NCBI GenBank assembly: GCA_046483985.1 | Contig: JAWOCD010000091.1 | Span: forward strand, 1 to 32,433 | DNA: 32,433 nt | Direction of reading: 5' to 3' | From: Promethearchaeia archaeon | GTDB taxonomy: Archaea > Asgardarchaeota > Lokiarchaeia > Sigyniarchaeales > SOKP01 | Part shown: piece after piece, positions 10,159 through 19,492 of the stretch | Layout of the letters: each line of letters starts with the position of its first letter | Position numbering within the stretch: the stretch's first letter is position 1 | The notes under the pieces: generated by a model | Database searches by the model: none | What the model was told of the DNA's origin: nothing | The model's input: the letters and a program-made list of their open reading frames with translations, nothing else | Program-made: the position numbers and the translations under genes

Positions 10159-11403
10159 TTATTTCCCTCCTTTTAGAGAATTTAATTTATCCAATTTTAA
10201 TCCAATAAATTCTGTTTTATCTGTGATCATCCCCGTATTATATTGTTCTTCAAACATTTCAACCCCTCTCATTAAATGATCGTCCTTTATATCTCTTCCT
10301 CCCAGTCCAACGATAAACCCTTTTACTGCGGGTCGCTCTTCTAACGGATATAATGCAGCTTTTAATTCATAGCATAATGTTCCTTCAAACCCGTATCCAA
10401 TATCCCTATCAAAAACTACTACTTTCTCGATGCCCTTGAAGAGTTCTCGTATTTTCTCCTTTGGGAATGGTCTAAATAATCGTAAACTAACCAATCCTAC
10501 TTGAATTCCATTATCCCTCATTTTTTTTATAGCTGAACGGGCTTGGGATGCAACGGACCCCATGGCAAAAATAACAATATCCGCATCCTCAAGCATATAT
10601 GTTTTATAAAATCCGTTCCCATAACTTCTCCCAAATTTGTCAGCAAAATCGTCGTGCACCTCTTTAATCACATCAATAGAATTTTCCAGAGCTTTTTCCA
10701 AGGCATACCGATATTCAAAATAACCAGGGGCTGTGCCTTCTTTTCGGTTTACAACCTTTGGAGTAGTGACCGGATCCACTCCCTTAATATTCGAAATATC
10801 GGATAGATTGATATGATGAGTCAATGGAGGTAAAAATTCATCAATTTCCGTTTGCTTTTCCAATTTTACGGGCATCATGGTATGAGATAAAATATAACCG
10901 TCGTAACCTACAATGGTTGGTAGATAGACTCTGGGATCCTCCGCAATTTTAAATGCTTGTAAATTGGTATCGTAAATTTCTTGATTAGTTTCGCAAAATA
11001 GTTGAATCCACCCAACATCTCTCACAGTAAAGAAATCTTGATGGTCAGTCCAAACAGACCAAGGACCACCCAGAGACCGTGTTGCTAGATTTAGGACGAT
11101 GGGAAGTCGATTACCCGACGCCCAAGGAAGGTTCTCATACATTAATTCTAACCCATGGGACGAGGTTGCAGTAGCGACCCTTGAGCCAGTGGCGCTAGCC
11201 GCACAACACACAGCCATAGCACTATGTTCACTTTCTACAGTCACGAATTTTGCGTCTAACTCTCCTGATGCGATGAAATCGGACACCTTTTCAACAAGCG
11301 GACTTTGGGGAGTAATAGGATAAGCTGACACTACTCTCACTCGAGCGTTCTTTAATGCATGAGCAGCTGCATGGTTACCGGTAAGAATCTTTATCCCTTT
11401 CAT
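10159..11403 (-). CDS. porA: Pyruvate/2-oxoacid:ferredoxin oxidoreductase alpha subunit
   Basis: AYPITPQS, VESEHSA, TATSSHGL, LRLFRPFP, GLGGRD motifs. Confidence 0.95.
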   Translation of the reverse strand: MKGIKILTGNHAAAHALKNARVRVVSAYPITPQSPLVEKVSDFIASGELDAKFVTVESEHSAMAVCCAASATGSRVATATSSHGLELMYENLPWASGNRLPIVLNLATRSLGGPWSVWTDHQDFFTVRDVGWIQLFCETNQEIYDTNLQAFKIAEDPRVYLPTIVGYDGYILSHTMMPVKLEKQTEIDEFLPPLTHHINLSDISNIKGVDPVTTPKVVNRKEGTAPGYFEYRYALEKALENSIDVIKEVHDDFADKFGRSYGNGFYKTYMLEDADIVIFAMGSVASQARSAIKKMRDNGIQVGLVSLRLFRPFPKEKIRELFKGIEKVVVFDRDIGYGFEGTLCYELKAALYPLEERPAVKGFIVGLGGRDIKDDHLMRGVEMFEEQYNTGMITDKTEFIGLKLDKLNSLKGGK

Positions 11404-11426
11404 CTGTTGCTCCTTTTGTGAAACTG

Positions 11427-11732
11427 TTATTTTTCTTCAACCTCTTGCATAGTTATTGCTTCTACTGGACATTCTTCAGCACAAATTCCACAGCCTTTAC
11501 AATATTTTATATCTACCTTAGGAGGAATTGTTCGTGAAATCATTCCTTCGGGGCAATAAAGCCAGCATGTAAAACAAACCATTTTCCCAGATTTAGAAGG
11601 GGTACATTTTTCGGCGTCAATAACAGGCTTCAATTTTGACCATGAGCCAGTCTGACCAGCTTCTCCTTTAATTGGTCTCTGTATGGAAGCTAAAATTTTC
11701 TGATAATCCTTTTTTTCTTGTATATCAGTCAT
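11427..11732 (-). CDS. porD: Pyruvate/2-oxoacid:ferredoxin oxidoreductase delta subunit (2x[4Fe-4S])
   Basis: TGSW..LKPVID..KC...C..CWLYCPE and YCKGCGICAEECP. Confidence 0.93.
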   Translation of the reverse strand: MTDIQEKKDYQKILASIQRPIKGEAGQTGSWSKLKPVIDAEKCTPSKSGKMVCFTCWLYCPEGMISRTIPPKVDIKYCKGCGICAEECPVEAITMQEVEEK

Positions 11733-11800
11733 AACTTTTTCTCACAAATCTCATTAAAACAGCAATTCTTACCAATGTAAAATTTCACAAGGAATAAAAA

Positions 11801-11916
11801 CTTATCACTTATCAAAATAGAAGATTTTCGATATTAGGCTTTTGATATCTAAGAGTTGAAAGCTTATCACTTATCAAAATAGAAGATTTTCGATATTAGG
11901 CTTTTGATATCTAAGA
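11801..11916. repeat. Exact 54-bp direct repeat (11801-11854 and 11863-11916) separated by an 8-bp spacer, GTTGAAAG
   Basis: CTTATCACTTATCAAAATAGAAGATTTTCGATATTAGGCTTTTGATATCTAAGA occurs twice between porG and porD. Confidence 0.95.
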
Positions 11917-11989
11917 ACAGATCGTTAAAATATGGTAATTATTGCGCCCATTGAATATGAATTCCAGACGTTACAAGGTAAAAAATATT

Positions 11990-12577
11990 TTATACCATCT
12001 TTGCTAGATCATACCCTTCATCTATCAATTTGATATTCTTATTGGCCCATTCTCCACTCATTTGCCTTGTTACTACTTTTTTAATATTCTCAATACTAAG
12101 ATCCGGAAGCCCTTTTGCCAATAAGCCTAAAATTGCCGTATTTATCACAGGTTGTCCATCTTTTAGTAATTTCTCTTCCATTGATAACTGATCAATATCC
12201 GCCGTAATGACTTTAATGGTTTTTACAAGATTAAATAAATTTCTAAAATGCGCGGGATTTTTGCTTGAATTAATGATAATGATGCCATTTTCTTTTAAAG
12301 AAGAGGCTATCTCTTCATCCAATACCGATTCGTCGAACACAATAACTATATCTGGATGTCGGATCTCAGAACGATCCCATATTTGTTTATCTCGCGATAA
12401 TTTTGCATATGCTTGAACTGGAGCTCCCCTTCGTTCTGCTCCGAAGGACGGATAGGCATGGACATCCACAAAGTTACCGCTAAGATAGGCTGATTCTGCA
12501 ATTATTTCACAAGCTGTAACGCACCCTTGTCCACCTCTCCCGTGAATTACAATTTGAATGTTCTCATCTTCAGTCAA
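11990..12577 (-). CDS. porG: Pyruvate/2-oxoacid:ferredoxin oxidoreductase gamma subunit
   Basis: IHGRGGQG, PSFGAERRGAPV, PVINTAILG; TTG start; gamma-delta-alpha-beta gene order. Confidence 0.95.
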   Translation of the reverse strand: MTEDENIQIVIHGRGGQGCVTACEIIAESAYLSGNFVDVHAYPSFGAERRGAPVQAYAKLSRDKQIWDRSEIRHPDIVIVFDESVLDEEIASSLKENGIIIINSSKNPAHFRNLFNLVKTIKVITADIDQLSMEEKLLKDGQPVINTAILGLLAKGLPDLSIENIKKVVTRQMSGEWANKNIKLIDEGYDLAKMV

Positions 12578-12783
12578 CTTAAATCCCTCAAAAATTCAGA
12601 TTATTTAATTTATTTTTCTAGATCCTTTTACCTATGAAATACATTACAAGATTAAAAATTTTTGATTAAATTGAAATTAAAAGTAAGAAAAAATATTCAA
12701 AAAGCTCAGCTTTCAAGATCCCTCAATCAGATCCTCCAAAAATATTAATTTAAACAAAAAAAATTGGGAAGAACTTTTACGTA

Positions 12784-13578
12784 TTATGGATATTTTTCAA
12801 AAAGCCCGTTTATAAACTCCTCTAATTCTTGCATTGATAACTTTTTATAGCTTGTCTCCCCACATTCATCTTCTAAGTCATACCAACGCTTTATTAGCTT
12901 ATTATTCATAATGGTAAGACTGGACTTAATCAAAAATGAAAAAGATTCCGAGCGCTTTGTAAACGTTCTGAGAAACTTTTTCGTCTCGATTTCCAATCGT
13001 TCTGGAGGAAATACTCGGGTCGGAAAGTTCATATTTTTTAGCTCTTCTAATCCAAACTCATCTGAGGTTAAGAGGATTCTTTTGGCAAAATTCAACCCAA
13101 ATGATAATAAAGGTAAAATTGTGGCGCCCGTCTGAGGATATATACTTATGGCAATTTCTGGCATACGGAACTTCATTTGATCCAAAGGTTTATCCGCAAA
13201 CATTTTAAGATCGCAAGCCATTATTACTTCCATTCCAAATCCGATGGCGCTTCCTTGCACTTGAGCAATTATCGGTTTTTTCATCAATAACATATATTGA
13301 GTAATTTTTCTCCCAAACTCTCTCATCTTATTCATGTATTCTTCTTGATTTTTCTCTGGCATATTTCGAATGTCGATACCCGCACTAAAGGTTCTATTAC
13401 CTGTACTTTTTACGAGAATACATTTTACTTTTTCACTTTCATCGGCTCTCTTTAGGGCTTGATAAAACTTTTTCATTAGGGTTAAATTAAAAGCATGAGC
13501 AGAATCCGGACGGTTAATAGTTAAATACGCAACCCTTCTTTTTATCTTAAACAATAAAATCTCATTTTTTTCAGACAT
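12784..13578 (-). CDS. Enoyl-CoA hydratase/isomerase (crotonase) family protein
   Basis: LTINRP...AF, FSAGIDI, KPIIAQVQGSAIGFGMEVIMACD, F.MPE. Confidence 0.9.
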   Translation of the reverse strand: MSEKNEILLFKIKRRVAYLTINRPDSAHAFNLTLMKKFYQALKRADESEKVKCILVKSTGNRTFSAGIDIRNMPEKNQEEYMNKMREFGRKITQYMLLMKKPIIAQVQGSAIGFGMEVIMACDLKMFADKPLDQMKFRMPEIAISIYPQTGATILPLLSFGLNFAKRILLTSDEFGLEELKNMNFPTRVFPPERLEIETKKFLRTFTKRSESFSFLIKSSLTIMNNKLIKRWYDLEDECGETSYKKLSMQELEEFINGLFEKYP

Positions 13579-13814
13579 AATTCTTCCACTATTAATCTTT
13601 ATTTCATTTAATTAGAATATTTGAAATTAAATGATGATTTCCTAAAAAAATTTGCTTAGGAACAAAAAAAGAAAATTTATTCTCTAAATCTAAAATGATT
13701 AATTTTGAGTAGAGTTTGATAAAGATAGTGGGCCTATTTGCATACCTTTAGATGTTGCTGTATTCGGAACTGGGGGGATTCTGGGAGAAGATGGCCGAGA
13801 GATGCGAAAATGCG

Positions 13815-13955
13815 GGAATCCCTAATTCCTTTCAAATTTCCGATAAGGATTGTTCCCACTTTATATTGTTTGAGTTTTCTAAACAAATGAGAAAGAATAT
13901 TGTTAAGATAATTACTGAGTTTTCTCTTGCGTTTTAGATAGAGTTTTGAAAAATA
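13815..13955 (-). pseudogene. tnpB: Degenerate internal tnpB fragment (helix plus RuvC-II strand region)
   Basis: My translation of the minus strand gives SKLYLKRKRKLSNYLNNILSHLFRKLKQYKVGTILIGNLKGIRDSR, resembling the TnpB segment 'kly.kr..ki.dylhk....iv......igtivigdlkgir'. No start codon, so it is absent from the ORF track. Confidence 0.65.
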
Positions 13956-13994
13956 TGCTCTGACTCATAGATTAAACAAAGGTATTTTGAGTTC

Positions 13995-15032
13995 TTAAAG
14001 GATGAAATTTTCTTTTTCTTTTTCTATAAATTTTTGACAATGACAATACTGATCCTGTTGAAGAGGAATTTTATGTAATTCTAAGTTTAAAGAATCATAA
14101 ATAAGATACTTTTCCTTGAGAGGATTATAAATTTTACAAATATCATGAATGATCAATTCACTTATAATGGTGCCCGTACTAATCACGGTTGTTCCCAGAT
14201 TAGGAGTAGAATGACTTGTGTCGTCCGTTCTATACCGTAAAAAGGGAAGATGGAGATCAGAATAAAAATCACTGTTAAATATACACCGCAAGCAAGGAGC
14301 TTTTTTGGGGATGTAAGGGAATATATCACCGATAAAATGATTAACTCCCGCCCAATAATAAGGTTTTTGAAGTCTTACGCAAAAATCATTTATGAGATAT
14401 GGGGCTCCATTATAATCTACAGCATTTATAATATAATCTGCCCAAGCTATAATTTTTTCAATGTCTTGGCAATTTTCATTATGTTCTTTGGTATACTTCT
14501 TAAGTATATTTAAATGTCTTGGATAATCGATAAAAATATTAAATGCATCAACTGATATTTCAGGATTTATTTGGAGCATTCGCAATTTAGCCGCCTTTGC
14601 TTTAAACTGACCAATATCCTTCATTTCATATAGTGTTTGACGATTTAAGTTAGAAGTTTCAATAGTATCATAATCTATAATCTTAAAAAGTTCCACACCA
14701 GAATAAATTAATCCTAGGAGTGCATTACTCCCTATACCTCCTAGCCCAAAACAAGCAATCTTGGCATTTTTTATCTTTTTTTGATTGAGCAATTCATTTT
14801 TAATCTGTCTATCCCACCGATTTTTTTCTCGGACGGTTAGAGTTCGATTATCTTGTGCTGGGGTATCTTGATCCCCTGTTTTAGAGAAATCCAACTGTCT
14901 TTTAAATAAATTAATTTTAAGTTTTGCTAATTCTTCTTGCTTCTGATATCTTTGTTCCATTAGTTTTTCCATAATTTTTAATTTAAAATGTTTATTTCTT
15001 TTCAGCTTACTCACCGAATTATATGATCGCAT
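13995..15032 (-). CDS. ThiF/MoeB/E1-like adenylyltransferase
   Basis: RWDRQ, GLGGIG, IDYDTIETSNLNRQ, KA..A, PCLRC and C-terminal CHC Zn ligands. Confidence 0.9.
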   Translation of the reverse strand: MRSYNSVSKLKRNKHFKLKIMEKLMEQRYQKQEELAKLKINLFKRQLDFSKTGDQDTPAQDNRTLTVREKNRWDRQIKNELLNQKKIKNAKIACFGLGGIGSNALLGLIYSGVELFKIIDYDTIETSNLNRQTLYEMKDIGQFKAKAAKLRMLQINPEISVDAFNIFIDYPRHLNILKKYTKEHNENCQDIEKIIAWADYIINAVDYNGAPYLINDFCVRLQKPYYWAGVNHFIGDIFPYIPKKAPCLRCIFNSDFYSDLHLPFLRYRTDDTSHSTPNLGTTVISTGTIISELIIHDICKIYNPLKEKYLIYDSLNLELHKIPLQQDQYCHCQKFIEKEKENFIL

Positions 15033-15208
15033 TCTTATCTTATTTCAAATAAATAGTTTTGTCCTTATTATAAAAGGAATTATTTAAAACCAAAGCATTT
15101 AATCTCCTCCTAATTTTTATCTAATTACTGAATATATAAAGAGAGGTGCAAATTTTAAAAAAAATTTATATTAAACTTGGGAATATTCTTAATTGAAAGA
15201 AAATTAGG

Positions 15209-18200
15209 ATGAAGGATTTAATAAAAAAGTATAATGAAAATAGAATTTCCGCAGAAAATTTATTTTATGAATTTTTAAAACTAATACAAGATAATTTTAA
15301 TCTTACTCTCGTAAACAAAAACATAGATATCATCCTTGGTGAAGAAGATTCTCATGGTTTTAGTAATGAATTAGTGAATTTTGGGGTAAGACGCGAATTT
15401 ACAAGAAGAAAATATTATATTTGGGTAAAGGAATCTCACTTTACCCCCTTTATTTTATTAAAAGAAGCGTATTTATGCTTTTTACCGAATAAATTGAAAA
15501 CCAATCGGATAGTCCATATTATCCTTAACGAAATAATTTACCTGGATTTGAAGAATGAAAAAAATATCGAAGAATATCACAGTACGTTGAGAGAAAAAGT
15601 CATCGATTATGAACTTTTAAACACTCATTTAGACAGAATAGACGAGTTCTTTAAGTTAAAAAAAATTAAAGGGGAAAATCCCCGAGCCTTTTTATTCTCC
15701 TTTTTAGGAAATAATTATCATATCATTGAAAATAATCAATTTAATTTTTTTGAGTTGTTATTTAAAAAATATCTCCTAGAGACTTCGAAAAGACTGAAAA
15801 ATGATGTTTTAATTGAAACTTTACGAATTCTGATTAAAATTTTTCAAAAGAATCTGATTTTTAATTCGCTCAAGGAATATACAGAATTATTTAAAAAATA
15901 TACTGAAAACCAATATATTCAGACAGATTTGTATCAAAAAGAATTCAAAGAAAGCATTCGCTGGATAAGAGATCATAGTTATATAGGTCCATCATACCAA
16001 ATTAACTGGAAACCGATCAAAGGTGAATTATTTTGCTATAGTGTTACGTTTAACCCTAATCTTACTCTTCCCAAAATAACAAAAATATTGGACCATCTTC
16101 TTTTTAATGTTTTCTCAAAAATCGGATTTTCTTCATTCGGTGTTAAATTAGAAGGCTTTTTTGTGATTCCAGAAAAATATGAATCTGATTTAAGGTCATT
16201 ATTTCGATTTTTAAGCGAAAAGAATATCCTTCACAATTATTTCTTTTCAGAAATAAAGGAATTTAGTAATTTCCTTAATCTAAACTATTTTCGAGAATTT
16301 CATAATAAGGATCGAATTCTCAACCCAAATCATGTAAAATACCTAAAGAGTTACGAAACGGGCTTTACTATTCAATATAGGAGGAAAAACGATTACCACT
16401 TCCACCCAGATCTGTTTGATTGGCTTCTTTTTAATCGATTACGGTATTGGTCCGTTACCGGATTTGGATTTAGCCCCAGAGCGGTAACACTTTCCCAAAT
16501 AAAAAAGGATTTGTTTAATCAAATCGGCAGCGAAAAAACATTAATCAAAGAGTTTCATAACGTTGCTAATAAGATTTATCAAAACTCTGATTTAAAGCAG
16601 AAATTAAAAAGATTCATTAAAAATAATACAAAATCTGGCTTCTTTTATATTTTTAATGAAATTAGTAAAATTATTGAAACTCTAGAATCTTTGGAGTGTT
16701 ATTTTTTTGAAAATGAGAATAAAAGAAATATAAGGGAGATACTTAAAGACATCAAAGACATAAATTTCACAGATTCTATAAGTAATAATTTAATAATCAA
16801 AGATGAGAGGATCTTGAAGCTTATTTCAAGATTATTTATACCCCTCTATATTAATGACAGAGATAAGTATGAAAAAAAGAAAAAGGAATATCAATTATTC
16901 TTTGATTTTTTTAAAGCATTAAGAAGTATTAAAATTCTTGATCTTGAAGTTATTTATGATCTTTTAGAAAATCCTGGGTATATTAAAAAAATAGTAAACA
17001 AAAAGACTAAGAAGTTCAAAAAAAGCTATAAAACTAATACAATTGATAAGATTACATCTAAAACAATTAAAAAACGAATTAAAAAGTATGTGACTCGAGA
17101 AAATCCCTTAGCAGTTCCCGCCATGCAAACCACTATAAATACCTCTCATTTTGCTAACTATTTTCTAAGAATAAATATTAAGTCCGTAAATGATAAGGTT
17201 ATTTATGAGCACCTTCAGAAGTTTTTTGCCCGGTTACTTATTTTAAAAGGTGATAAAAAAACATATATAGAAGTTTATTTACCGAATATTACTAATGCTG
17301 AAAAACATTTACTGATTTCTGCATTTCTCCATACCTTTAATGAGAATATAATAAATTTAAACAGATTTCTGCATGATGGCATTTATAAACAGCATTCTTT
17401 AAAAAGGTATTACGACTTTGAAAAAAAAGAATTCTTCTATACAGAAGACTTATTCTCAGAGGTGAGAAGATATATTCTCGAGGTCGCAGATAAGAATGCT
17501 GATCTTAAAGTCAGGGATGGCAATAAAAGTTATTTCCAAAAGTTTTTTTCAAATAGTGTCGATTTTTTCCAAGTCTCGAAGATGGTAAGTAGCCGGATAT
17601 CACATAGTTCTCCAAATTATGATAGTTCCCTTTTAAATGAATTAAAGGAATTTAATCAGGATTTATCTTGCAAAATTCAAAAAGATAACATTCAAGAGAT
17701 AAAAAATAAAACTTTTTTTACTTCTTTCGTGGATAAAATTTCTTATCATCCTAAATATCACCAGTTCGGACTAAGTAAATATTTTCTATATATTCGTCCA
17801 CGAGATATGAATAAGATTGATTATAAACTCTTGTTTAACAATTCCTTTACGAATATTCAGTATCCGGCTTGTATTGATAATAATATTCCCCTGCTATTGT
17901 CATTTCTTTTTCCTTTTAGAACTCCCAATAAAAGTTATTTGAATTTACTATCAAAATCGAGAAATAATATACTTGAATATTGCCTATTCACCCCGAAAAG
18001 ATTCTATAATGTTCTCCATTTTGAATATAATTTAACAAATAAAGGTTGGAATTTAGAGCCCAATTATTTTAAAACATATGTAAATAAAATATTGTTCAAT
18101 AGGAAATTTCAGAGATTAGATCAATTTGTAAAGTATTATGATTTTGATAAAAAAAGTTCAGAAATATATGGAAAACCATCAAAAGCATTTCAATACCTCA

Positions 18201-18799
18201 AAGAATTATATCAATGGGGTGGTTTAGATTTAAAAAGTTATTTAGGTACCCATTTTAAAAGTACTGTCAAGCCTATTAAGTATCTCTTGAAAAGAGATTT
18301 AATCATCCCCTATCTTAAACTTAAAAATTTGGAACTTATAGAAAAACTCTATATTATCCTCCCAAATATTCCAAAGAAAAAATATATGACTACTTTAATT
18401 CAGATTTTTAGTTTTTTTAACGTTGGTCATATCTATGAAATAAAAGGAGAATATTTTATTCATAATAAACCTCAGATTGTAGAACCGTTCCAGTATGGAT
18501 TATTTATAGAATTATATCTTCCTAAAGATGCAAATCTTTCTGATTTTCAAAAAATATTTGTAGATATTTTTCAACTTTTTGATATTGGCCATTTTCTCAT
18601 TCTACCAGATTATGCACCAGGAGAAACCTTAATTAATAGCATCTTCGACGAAGATGATATTCTAGAAAGATATAATCCCTATAGCAATTTAAAATGGAAC
18701 GAAACGGATAAAAAATGGATGAATGTAAAACTCTTTGGGGAAAATCTGACTAAAATATACCCCCCTCTTTATGGCAAAAAGAAAAGATTCACCTCCTAA
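15209..18799 (+). CDS. Large AT-rich hypothetical protein with possible internally repeated HTH/Lrp-RAM-like units
   Basis: 1196-aa open frame. Recurring motifs YQINWKPIKGELFCYSV, YHPKYHQFGLSKYFLYI and PYLKLKNLELIEKLYII. The domain assignment is inference. Confidence 0.65.
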   Translation: MKDLIKKYNENRISAENLFYEFLKLIQDNFNLTLVNKNIDIILGEEDSHGFSNELVNFGVRREFTRRKYYIWVKESHFTPFILLKEAYLCFLPNKLKTNRIVHIILNEIIYLDLKNEKNIEEYHSTLREKVIDYELLNTHLDRIDEFFKLKKIKGENPRAFLFSFLGNNYHIIENNQFNFFELLFKKYLLETSKRLKNDVLIETLRILIKIFQKNLIFNSLKEYTELFKKYTENQYIQTDLYQKEFKESIRWIRDHSYIGPSYQINWKPIKGELFCYSVTFNPNLTLPKITKILDHLLFNVFSKIGFSSFGVKLEGFFVIPEKYESDLRSLFRFLSEKNILHNYFFSEIKEFSNFLNLNYFREFHNKDRILNPNHVKYLKSYETGFTIQYRRKNDYHFHPDLFDWLLFNRLRYWSVTGFGFSPRAVTLSQIKKDLFNQIGSEKTLIKEFHNVANKIYQNSDLKQKLKRFIKNNTKSGFFYIFNEISKIIETLESLECYFFENENKRNIREILKDIKDINFTDSISNNLIIKDERILKLISRLFIPLYINDRDKYEKKKKEYQLFFDFFKALRSIKILDLEVIYDLLENPGYIKKIVNKKTKKFKKSYKTNTIDKITSKTIKKRIKKYVTRENPLAVPAMQTTINTSHFANYFLRINIKSVNDKVIYEHLQKFFARLLILKGDKKTYIEVYLPNITNAEKHLLISAFLHTFNENIINLNRFLHDGIYKQHSLKRYYDFEKKEFFYTEDLFSEVRRYILEVADKNADLKVRDGNKSYFQKFFSNSVDFFQVSKMVSSRISHSSPNYDSSLLNELKEFNQDLSCKIQKDNIQEIKNKTFFTSFVDKISYHPKYHQFGLSKYFLYIRPRDMNKIDYKLLFNNSFTNIQYPACIDNNIPLLLSFLFPFRTPNKSYLNLLSKSRNNILEYCLFTPKRFYNVLHFEYNLTNKGWNLEPNYFKTYVNKILFNRKFQRLDQFVKYYDFDKKSSEIYGKPSKAFQYLKELYQWGGLDLKSYLGTHFKSTVKPIKYLLKRDLIIPYLKLKNLELIEKLYIILPNIPKKKYMTTLIQIFSFFNVGHIYEIKGEYFIHNKPQIVEPFQYGLFIELYLPKDANLSDFQKIFVDIFQLFDIGHFLILPDYAPGETLINSIFDEDDILERYNPYSNLKWNETDKKWMNVKLFGENLTKIYPPLYGKKKRFTS

Positions 18800-18810
18800 C
18801 TTTTTTCGGA

Positions 18811-19370
18811 TTGCAGAAATTAGCCATTAAAACATTCTAATAAATCCACAACTCACTTTCTATGGCAATTCGGTGAGAACCATAAACCATGGTTATCAAC
18901 ATATTCAAACATTAAACTAGATCGATGGTGTCCTGCATGTGCAGAAGAAACAAGTGAAAGAATAGCGAGATTTTTCTTTGAATCTATATTTTGAGCAAAA
19001 TTTCCTAAATCTACTCCTAAGTGGCTCATGAAATTAACAAATCATAGACTAGAACTAGATGGATACAATGAGAAACTGGGTATTGCTTTTGAATTCAATG
19101 GAATTCAACATTATATACCGATTTATGGTCTTAAGAAATTAGAAATTCAACAAAAGTGTGATTACTTAAAAAAATGGGCATGTGAAAAAAAGGGAGTTAT
19201 TTCAATCGTAATTTCCTATGATTTCGACGGGAGAAGAGATTTTGTTGATTATGATAAAATGCAAGATTTTATTATTGAGAAATATGAGAAACAAGCGGAA
19301 AAAAAACTTACCGACCTTCCCTCAATTTGATTATCGAACTCGTGATATCAAAAGATTAGATGAATTTTAA
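18811..19370 (+). pseudogene. Decayed Zn-ribbon plus PD-(D/E)xK (restriction-endonuclease-like) protein
   Basis: Frame upstream of 19028 reads HFLWQFGENHKPWLSTYSNIKLDRWCPACAEETSERIARFFFESIF*AKFPKSTPKWL, then LELDGYNEKLGIAFEFNGIQHY. In-frame TGA at 18992-18994, no intact start, and a probable 3' frameshift. Confidence 0.7.
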
Positions 19371-19492
19371 GAAACTTGTTTATCAACTATAAAAAATTAT
19401 TAAAAAACTAACAATAAGAGTTATTTAATGCACTTTATTGTTATATAGATAATAATTAATTAAGAAGAATAAATATTCATCGATAGCATGCC

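Noticed and set aside
11801-11916. CRISPR array
   Set aside because: Only two 54-bp units with an 8-bp spacer, and no cas genes in the window.
9354-14513. Plus-strand ORFs within the por, crotonase and ThiF genes, and ORF 13752-13937
   Set aside because: Shadows of well-supported minus-strand genes or of the tnpB scar.
18992-18994. Selenocysteine recoding of the in-frame TGA
   Set aside because: The position does not look like a Cys or redox site, I saw no SECIS, and the gene shows other signs of decay.
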